Assembly (NCBI GenBank): GCA_046351595.1
Contig: JAXLYE010000002.1
Coordinates: forward strand, 1,560,022 to 1,624,021
DNA: 64,000 nucleotides
Direction of reading: 5' to 3'
DNA from: Polyangia bacterium
GTDB taxonomy: Bacteria > Myxococcota_A > Polyangia > Palsa-1104 > JAEUJZ01
This document shows positions 53,368-64,000 of the stretch, in pieces. The notes below the pieces were generated by a model that was not told the DNA's origin, made no database searches, and worked only from the letters and a program-made list of their open reading frames with translations. Numbering within the stretch: the first letter of the stretch is position 1; every line of letters starts with the position of its first letter. A program made the translations under genes and the position numbers.

Positions 53368-54621
53368 TTAGCGGTTCGCGAGCTCGCGCGCGGCGCGCTG
53401 CCTGCGGTCCTTGTCGAGCTCCGCCGCGGACTCGCGGTTGCCGTCGGGGCGGGTGACCAGGCCGCGGGCGAGGAGCTGCTCGCGGCGCTCCTGCTCGCGG
53501 CGGCGCTCGCCCGGTGACAGGGCGCGGGCCTCGTCGAAGCCGATGCGCGAGCTGCCGCGGGCGCTGCCCTCGACGGCGTCGAGCATGGCCGTGTCCACCG
53601 ACGGGTAGCCGCGCCCGCGCAGGTGCGCCGCGAAGTCCTGGGCGCGCTGCGCGCTGTAGTGCCAGATGTCGCCCGTCGGGTAGCGCAGGATCTCGGACTT
53701 CACGGTGCGCAGCACCACGCCGCGCTCGTCGAGGGGCAGGGCCGTCAGGTTGTGGCGGAAGCTGTGCCCATAGCGGAACCACGACTCGGCGTTGGACAGG
53801 TAGATGACCCGCACCGGCACGCCGGCCGCGCGCGCCGCCTGCGCGATCTGCTGCACCGTGTGCGAGCCGTTGAGGTCCCCCAGCCGCGCGACGACGCGCC
53901 CGCGCTGCATCAGGCCGCGGATCGCCGCGTACTTGGCGTCGTCGCCGAGCCAGGTGTGCGGGCGGCCGCGCTGCTTCTGCAGGTGGTCGCGCAGGTCGTC
54001 GCGGTAGGTCTGGTACAGCTCCAAGAGGGCCTCGGCCTCGCCCGCGGCGCGCCGCTCGAGCACCGCTTTTACCGTCGGCAGCGCCGGCTTTTCGAACAGC
54101 GCGAGCAGCGCCTCGGGCGTCGCGGCCTCGCTGACCAGCGCCGAGTACAGGTGGTGCACGCGGACGACGGCGCCGTCCAGGTCGATGAGCCACAGCACCT
54201 GCGAGCCCGCGGCCGCGGCCAGCGTATAGTTCTGGTCCGCGCCGACGCCGAGGTAGCCGCCGCCGAGCCCCTGCAGGTCGGCGAAGAACAGGTCGTGGCG
54301 GCGCTCGTTGCTCCACATGTAGTGGCGCTTGACCTGGTGATCGCGCTCGTTGCCGGGAGTCCGCACCGCGGCGTCGAACGCCTCGTCGCCGGCTGGTGGT
54401 GCCGCGGGCGGTGGTGCCGCGGCCGGTGCCCCGCCCGCCGCGGGCCCCGGCAACGCCAAAGGAGTCGCCGGGGCTACGGCCGCGGCGGCCGGCTGCGTGA
54501 CCGCACCGGGACTCGGCTGCGCCCCGGCCGGGCCTCCCCCCACCAATCCGACCAGCGACGCCCCCAGCAGCGCGCCGCGCCCCCATGCGCTGACTTGCAC
54601 GGCTTGATCGTACACCCGCAC
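53368..54621 (-). CDS. Secreted hypothetical protein
   Basis: The GTG start is at 54621. A signal peptide is followed by a Pro/Ala linker and a roughly 300-aa domain (...MWSNERRHDLFFADLQGLGGGYLGVGADQNY...). Codon bias is excellent. The 522-aa track ORF is over-extended across the 23-bp repeat array. Confidence 0.65.
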   Translation of the reverse strand: MRVYDQAVQVSAWGRGALLGASLVGLVGGGPAGAQPSPGAVTQPAAAAVAPATPLALPGPAAGGAPAAAPPPAAPPAGDEAFDAAVRTPGNERDHQVKRHYMWSNERRHDLFFADLQGLGGGYLGVGADQNYTLAAAAGSQVLWLIDLDGAVVRVHHLYSALVSEAATPEALLALFEKPALPTVKAVLERRAAGEAEALLELYQTYRDDLRDHLQKQRGRPHTWLGDDAKYAAIRGLMQRGRVVARLGDLNGSHTVQQIAQAARAAGVPVRVIYLSNAESWFRYGHSFRHNLTALPLDERGVVLRTVKSEILRYPTGDIWHYSAQRAQDFAAHLRGRGYPSVDTAMLDAVEGSARGSSRIGFDEARALSPGERRREQERREQLLARGLVTRPDGNRESAAELDKDRRQRAARELANR

Positions 54622-54684
54622 CCGCCGGGTGTCAGCCGGGGCGCGCGTGAGCTGCGTCGCGGTGGGTAGCGACCAGGTATCAGT

Positions 54685-54780
54685 CTGGCAGCGCTGGGGC
54701 GCGCGGCCTGGCAGCGCTGGGGCGCGCGGCCTGGCAGCGCTGGGGCGCGCGGCCTGGCAGCGCTGGGGCGCGCGGCGACG
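54685..54780. repeat. Intergenic 23-bp tandem repeat, about 4 units (CTGGCAGCGCTGGGGCGCGCGGC)
   Basis: It lies between the divergent secreted-protein gene and aspS. Confidence 0.8.
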
Positions 54781-54904
54781 GCCCGGGCCCTTGTGCCGGC
54801 GCAGGGACGGGCAGAGGACGGGCACGAGTCGGGCAAGCACACGGACACAGGCGCCCGCACATCGGCGTGCCAGGCCGGCCGCGCGCCTGATAGACTGCCG
54901 GCCC

Positions 54905-56770
<1,866 letters not shown>

Positions 56771-56794
56771 TCGGCGCCGTCGTCATCGTCCTCG

Positions 56795-57526
56795 TCAGGC
56801 CCGGCGCCGCGCGCCCGTCCGTCGCCCCGGCGGCCGGCGCTGCGACCGCGCCGCCGCCGGATGCTTGTCCGGCAAGCCGCCCGCCAGGTCCTTCGCCAGC
56901 TCCTCCGGCAAATCCCCCGACAGCTCAACGAACGCCGCGGCCTGTTTGAGCAGCAGCCGCGTCACCGCACGCACCGAGCCGCGCGCCGCGTGCAGCGTGT
57001 CGAACGACTCGAAGCTGGTGAGCAGCCACAAGAGGTCGGCGGCGCTGCGCCGCGTCACGCCCGGGCGCAGCCGCCGCTGGCGCTGCAGCCGGAGCGCCAG
57101 CGCGTCGATGAGCTGCCGGCGCCGCGCCGCCTGGTCCGCGACGATCGCCCGCACCTCGGGGTCGATGGCGGCGAGCGAGAACAGGCCGCGGAACATCTCG
57201 GCCTCCGCCGCCCAGACCCGGCACCCGGTCGCAAACGCCGCGTGCAGCGCGAGCAGCGCGTCCCGAGCGCCGAGCTCGTGCCACAGCGCCTCGACGCCGG
57301 CGCGGGCGCTGGTCTCCTGCTCGAGCGCCGCGAGCAGCCCGGACTTGGAGCCGAACTGCTGGAACACGGTGGTGCGGCCGACGCCCGCGTGCGCGGCGAT
57401 GGCGTCGATGCTGACGCGGTGGAAGCCGGCGCCGAGGAACAGCTCGCGCGCGGCCGCGAGGATCTTCTGGCGGGTGTCGGCGAGGCCGGCGGCGCGCCGC
57501 TCGAGCCGGTAGGTGCGCGTGCCCAT
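56795..57526 (-). CDS. TetR/AcrR family transcriptional regulator
   Basis: The HTH reads RQKILAAARELFLGAGFHRVSIDAIAAHAGVGRTTVFQQF. The start is the ATG at about 57526. The track ORF is over-extended. Confidence 0.85.
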   Translation of the reverse strand: MGTRTYRLERRAAGLADTRQKILAAARELFLGAGFHRVSIDAIAAHAGVGRTTVFQQFGSKSGLLAALEQETSARAGVEALWHELGARDALLALHAAFATGCRVWAAEAEMFRGLFSLAAIDPEVRAIVADQAARRRQLIDALALRLQRQRRLRPGVTRRSAADLLWLLTSFESFDTLHAARGSVRAVTRLLLKQAAAFVELSGDLPEELAKDLAGGLPDKHPAAARSQRRPPGRRTGARRRA

Positions 57527-57610
57527 GCCGCGAGCTTTCTCGCAAGGCGGGGTCCGCGCAAGCACAAAGACGCCGCTCGGCCTCGGGCTGCCTGCAGCCG
57601 GTAGATTGAG

Positions 57611-57675
57611 CGTACTGGGAGTACGGCGAAATATGTACTTGGAGTACTCCGAAATACGTACGCACCGTACGCTGA
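57611..57675. promoter_or_regulatory. Candidate TetR operator region: GTAC-containing palindromes in an AT-rich patch
   Basis: GGAGTACTCC is a 10-bp perfect palindrome. The flanking sequence includes CGTACTGGGAGTACG and CGTACGCACCGTACG. It sits between the divergently transcribed tetR and 57919 genes. Confidence 0.5.
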
Positions 57676-57715
57676 AATCCGCAGCGCCGCCTGCCCGGCC
57701 TCGGCGCCCGGCGTA

Positions 57716-57800
57716 TTGCGGCGCGCCTGCCCGTGCGCCTGGCTGCGCGCCTGGCTGCGCGCCTGGTCGTGCGCCTGGCTGCGCGCCTGGCCGTGCGCCT
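57716..57800. repeat. Intergenic 12-bp tandem repeat, about 6 units (TGCGCGCCTGGC variants)
   Basis: Counted directly in the sequence. Confidence 0.75.
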
Positions 57801-57918
57801 GGCTTCACCCGATCGCCACAGCCATTCCGTGCCGCGTCCGCCGGCTTCGGCGACGGTGGCGACGGGCCGGGGGCGTGCGCTGTACGCAAGCGGACAATCT
57901 GTGAGATATTGACGGGGA

Positions 57919-58494
57919 ATGCCGGTCAGAGTGAAGGGCGCCACACTGATCAACACCATGGCGGTGCTGCGCGAGCTCTTGCCCGCGCAGCGCTACCAGG
58001 CCCTGATCAGCGGCTGCCCGGTCGAGACCCAGCACCTGCTGCGGCGCACGCTGGTGGCGGTGGAGTGGATCCCGGCCGACGTCTGGAGCCCGTTCCTCGA
58101 GCAGGTGTTCGAGCAGGTGACGCAGCGCGACGAGGTCAAGTTCCGGCGCATCCTGCGCACGATCTGCGCGCGCGACTTCGCCACCGTCAACCGCCGCCTG
58201 ATCGAGGGCACGAGCGCCCGCGGCGTCATCGCCAAGGCGACGCAGCTTTACGGGACGTACTTCGACGCCGGCACGTTCACCACCCGCGAGCTCGCCTCGC
58301 ACGACGGCGTCACCCAGGCCCAGGGCGAGCTGCGCGACTTCGACGCGCGATCGATGATCTACGTCATCGCGCTGCACGCCTTCCTCGAGCAGCTGCTGAC
58401 CCTGGCCGGGGCGCAGCGGCTCCTGGTGACGCGCGTGCGCGACGGCCGCCGCGACGGCATGGTGACCTGCGACTACCTGATGACCTTCTCGTAG
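57919..58494 (+). CDS. Hypothetical protein, possibly a member of the DUF2378 / 'Myxococcus paralogous family'
   Basis: A clean 191-aa ORF. The product reads MPVRVKGATLINTMAVLRELLPAQRYQALISGCP... The family assignment is from memory only. Confidence 0.65.
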   Translation: MPVRVKGATLINTMAVLRELLPAQRYQALISGCPVETQHLLRRTLVAVEWIPADVWSPFLEQVFEQVTQRDEVKFRRILRTICARDFATVNRRLIEGTSARGVIAKATQLYGTYFDAGTFTTRELASHDGVTQAQGELRDFDARSMIYVIALHAFLEQLLTLAGAQRLLVTRVRDGRRDGMVTCDYLMTFS

Positions 58495-59117
58495 GCGGCG
58501 AGCTCGCGCAGCGTCGTGCGGGCCAGGGGATCGCCGCGGCCCGGGCCGCTCGGCGTCGTATAGGCGCGGTTGATGAGCGCGAGCGCCTGGTCCACGCGCT
58601 CGGCGTCGAGGACGTCGGCGGCGGCGGGCGGGCGCTCGGCCGCGGCGGGGAAGTTGAGCGGGCACCAGGTGACGGCGCCGCCGGGGACCCGGCCGCGCAC
58701 GCTGGCCTCGGGGATGAGGTCTTCGGGGTAGCGCAGCGGCAGGCCCTGGGTGCGGCACACAAGCGGGCGCGCCGCGTAGATCGCGCAGGCGTCGTCGTCC
58801 CCCAGCATCACGCAGCGCGGCGCGGCCTCCGGCGGCCGTTGCGCGCGCCGGCGCAGCGCCTCGCGCTCGTCGGGCGGCAGGGTCTCGAGGTGGGCGCGCA
58901 CCGCCGCGGCCTCGACCGCGCACAGCGACAGCTCGACGCGGCAGCAGCCGGCGCAGCCGCGGCGGCAGGCGAGATCCGCGGCGCGGCGCGTGTGCACCGC
59001 CGCCGCGAACGCGTCGACCTTCTCGCGCAGCGCGCGGTAGCTGGCCCGCGCCGCGGCCTCGGGATCGGCCTCGAGATTGGGCGCGGCCGGCGGCGGGGGC
59101 GACGACGGGGACGGCAT
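58473..59117 (-). CDS. YkgJ-family Cys-cluster protein (zinc/iron-chelating domain)
   Basis: The cysteine cluster reads CRRGCAGCCRVELSLC...C...C. The start is 5 bp downstream of the hemB stop. The track ORF is fused with an out-of-frame stretch across hemB. Confidence 0.8.
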   Translation of the reverse strand: MPSPSSPPPPAAPNLEADPEAAARASYRALREKVDAFAAAVHTRRAADLACRRGCAGCCRVELSLCAVEAAAVRAHLETLPPDEREALRRRAQRPPEAAPRCVMLGDDDACAIYAARPLVCRTQGLPLRYPEDLIPEASVRGRVPGGAVTWCPLNFPAAAERPPAAADVLDAERVDQALALINRAYTTPSGPGRGDPLARTTLRELAAYEKVIR

Positions 59118-59122
59118 GCTCG

Positions 59123-60130
59123 CTACCGCCCGAGCGCGCCGCTGTTGAGCAGCTTCGCCGCCTCCTTGGCGTGGTAGGTGAGGATCATGTCGGCGCCGGC
59201 GCGGCGGATCGACAGCAGCGTCTCGAGCACGGCGCGATCGGGGTCGATCCACCCGCGCTCGGCCGCGGCCTTGAGCATCGCGTACTCGCCCGAGACGTTG
59301 TAGGCGGCGACGGGCAGGTCGCTCTCCTCGCGGACGCGGGCGATGATGTCCAGGTACGCGAGCGCCGGCTTGACCATGAGCACGTCCGCGCCCTCGCCCG
59401 CGTCGAGCATGGCCTCGCGCACGGCCTCGTGGCTGTTGGCCGGGTCCATCTGGTAGCTCTTGCGGTGGCCGAAGCCGGCGTTGGTGCCGGCGGCCTGGCG
59501 GAACGGCCCGTAGAAGCAGCTCGCGTACTTGACCGAGTAGGCCAGGATGCCGACGTGATCGAAGCCGGCCTCGTCGAGCGCCTCGCGGCAGGCGGAGACG
59601 AAGCCGTCCATCATGCCGCTCGGCGCGATCAGGTCGGCGCCGGCCTTGGCCTGCGAGACCGCGACGCGCTGCAGGTTCTCGAGCGTGGCGTCGTTGTCGA
59701 CGTCGCCCCAGCCGCCCTCGGGCAGCACCACGCCGCAGTGGCCGTGCGAGGTGTACTCGTCGAAGCAGGCGTCGGTCATGATGACCATCTCGGGGCAGGC
59801 GCGCTTGATGGCGCGCGTCGCCTGCTGCACCAGCCCGTCGGAGTTCCACGCCTCGCTGCCGACCGAGTCCTTGCGGCTCTCTTCGGGGGCGCCGAAGAGG
59901 ATGACGGCGGGGATGCCCAGGTCCAGGCACTCCTTGGCCTCGCGCACGGCCTGATCGACGGACACCTGGGCCTGGCCCGGCAGCGACGCGATGGGCCGCC
60001 GCACGTCGCGCCCGGGGCAGACGAACAGCGGGTAGATGAAGCTGTCCTGCGACAGCGAGATCTCGCGCACCAGGCGGCGCAGGCCATCGCTGCGGCGCAT
60101 GCGGCGGGCGCGGTACTCGGGAAACTGCAT
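59123..60130 (-). CDS. hemB: Porphobilinogen synthase (delta-aminolevulinic acid dehydratase)
   Basis: The product contains ...MVKPALAYLDII... with the active-site lysine region and ...SGEYAM... The Asp-rich DACFDEYTSHGHCG stretch marks it as a Zn-independent type. Confidence 0.95.
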   Translation of the reverse strand: MQFPEYRARRMRRSDGLRRLVREISLSQDSFIYPLFVCPGRDVRRPIASLPGQAQVSVDQAVREAKECLDLGIPAVILFGAPEESRKDSVGSEAWNSDGLVQQATRAIKRACPEMVIMTDACFDEYTSHGHCGVVLPEGGWGDVDNDATLENLQRVAVSQAKAGADLIAPSGMMDGFVSACREALDEAGFDHVGILAYSVKYASCFYGPFRQAAGTNAGFGHRKSYQMDPANSHEAVREAMLDAGEGADVLMVKPALAYLDIIARVREESDLPVAAYNVSGEYAMLKAAAERGWIDPDRAVLETLLSIRRAGADMILTYHAKEAAKLLNSGALGR

Positions 60131-60452
60131 CGGAACCTCCTCGGCGCACTAGTATCACAGCCGCGTCGTCCGTGCGCCGCCGCACTGCGAGCCGCTGCCC
60201 GCCGCCGACGACGACGCCGCCGCCGCTGCCGAGGCTGCCGTTTCGGGAGGGCGCTGCAGTCGTTCGACTGTTCAGCCTGTAACGAACGTTGTATCTTGAA
60301 AACACGGGGTAACGCCGCTGCAGCCGGCGACCGGAGGGGGAATAGCTGGCAAGCCCGGGCCTCTATAGCGACCGCGCCGGCCGCGAGCGGCGCGCGCACC
60401 GCGGCCTCGCGCCGGGCGGCCTCGTCGAGGGTGCGGCGGGCGGAGGCGGGCG

Positions 60453-63437
<2,985 letters not shown>

Positions 63438-63494
63438 GGCCCGGACCCAGGTCGATGACAAGGGCCCGGGAACCCGCGCCCCTGTATTAGATTC

Positions 63495-64000
63495 ATGCGC
63501 ATGCAGATCCATGAGCTTTCTGCCACGGCGCTCCTGTCTTCCCTGCGCGCTCGCGAGGTTTCGTCGGTCGAGGCCGTGCGCGCCCTGATCGCACGCCGCC
63601 ACGCCATCGACGGCGTGGTCGGCGCCTTCACGGCGCGGCTCGATCAGCAGGCGCTGGCCGAGGCCCAGGCGCTCGACGACCGGCGCGCCCGCGGCGAGGA
63701 GGTCGGCCCGCTGCACGGCCTGCCGCTGACCATCAAGGACAACATCGACGTGCGCGGCACCGACGTCACGATGGGCCTGCGCAGCTGCGTCGGCCGGCCG
63801 GCGGCCGAGGACGCGGTGGTGGTGCGCGAGCTGCGGCGGCTGGGCGCCATCGTGCTCGGCAAGACCAACGTGCCGCAGCTGCTGCTGGTGCAGGAGACGG
63901 ACAACGACGTGTTCGGCGTCACCCGCAACCCCTGGAACCTCGAGCGCTCGCCGGGCGGCTCGTCGGGCGGCGAGTCGGCGGCGCTGGCCGCGGGCCTGAC
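63495..64000 (+). CDS. Amidase-signature family amidase; N-terminal part only, running off the window
   Basis: The product contains ...GLPLTIKDNIDVRGT...GGSSGGESAA. The start is about 63495-63501. The gene is absent from the track because there is no stop codon in the window. Confidence 0.8.
   Translation, partial: MRMQIHELSATALLSSLRAREVSSVEAVRALIARRHAIDGVVGAFTARLDQQALAEAQALDDRRARGEEVGPLHGLPLTIKDNIDVRGTDVTMGLRSCVGRPAAEDAVVVRELRRLGAIVLGKTNVPQLLLVQETDNDVFGVTRNPWNLERSPGGSSGGESAALAAGL

Noticed and set aside
58473-60305. 610-aa track ORF spanning ykgJ and hemB
   Set aside because: It is a fusion of the genuine 214-aa YkgJ-like gene with an out-of-frame read across hemB, which is itself unambiguous in its own frame at 59123-60130.

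Overview
This is a high-GC (about 70%) window in which nearly every codon ends in G or C, so the many Arg/Ala/Pro-rich reverse-strand ORFs in the track were treated as artefacts. Two MYXO-CTERM-like sorting tails, several Ser/Thr kinases, a PEGA domain, a DUF4388-Roadblock/LC7 protein and Cys-rich 'myxo' repeats point to a Myxococcota-type chromosome. I call about 55 genes, mostly housekeeping: rluD, pgeF, pdxH, add, ffh, aspS, hemB, three two-component systems, a molybdopterin oxidoreductase and a threonine dehydratase. The main observations are listed here. (1) A Ser/Thr kinase gene is cut in two by a 5.47-kb insertion (35233-40701) flanked by a perfect 12-bp direct repeat, CAGTACGCGCTC. The insertion carries a PAS/GAF histidine kinase, a NarL-type regulator and a DUF4388-LC7 gene, but no recognisable transposase. 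(2) A roughly 120-nt element made of four consecutive hairpins occurs twice, at 24985-25103 and 51898-52016, and the two copies differ by compensatory changes that preserve the third stem. (3) An orphan Dam-family N6-adenine methyltransferase (FLKWAGGK and DPPY motifs) sits behind an unusually AT-rich upstream region. (4) About 20 kb away, a low-GC 750-bp non-coding region upstream of a split DUF4331-like secreted-protein pair holds a perfect 14-bp palindrome, a triple 12-bp direct repeat and 7 GATC sites in 97 bp. (5) A zinc-ribbon AAA+/TPR NTPase sits next to a PI-PLC-like lipoprotein. (6) Several in-frame repeat tracts occur in coding regions, and there are several tandem-repeat arrays in intergenic regions. 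(7) A candidate small RNA carries a UUCG hairpin followed by a hairpin and a run of eight T residues. Where a start codon lies inside a track ORF I derived it from that ORF's frame. Other coordinates, including the amidase start, the repeats and the motifs, may be off by 1-2 nt.
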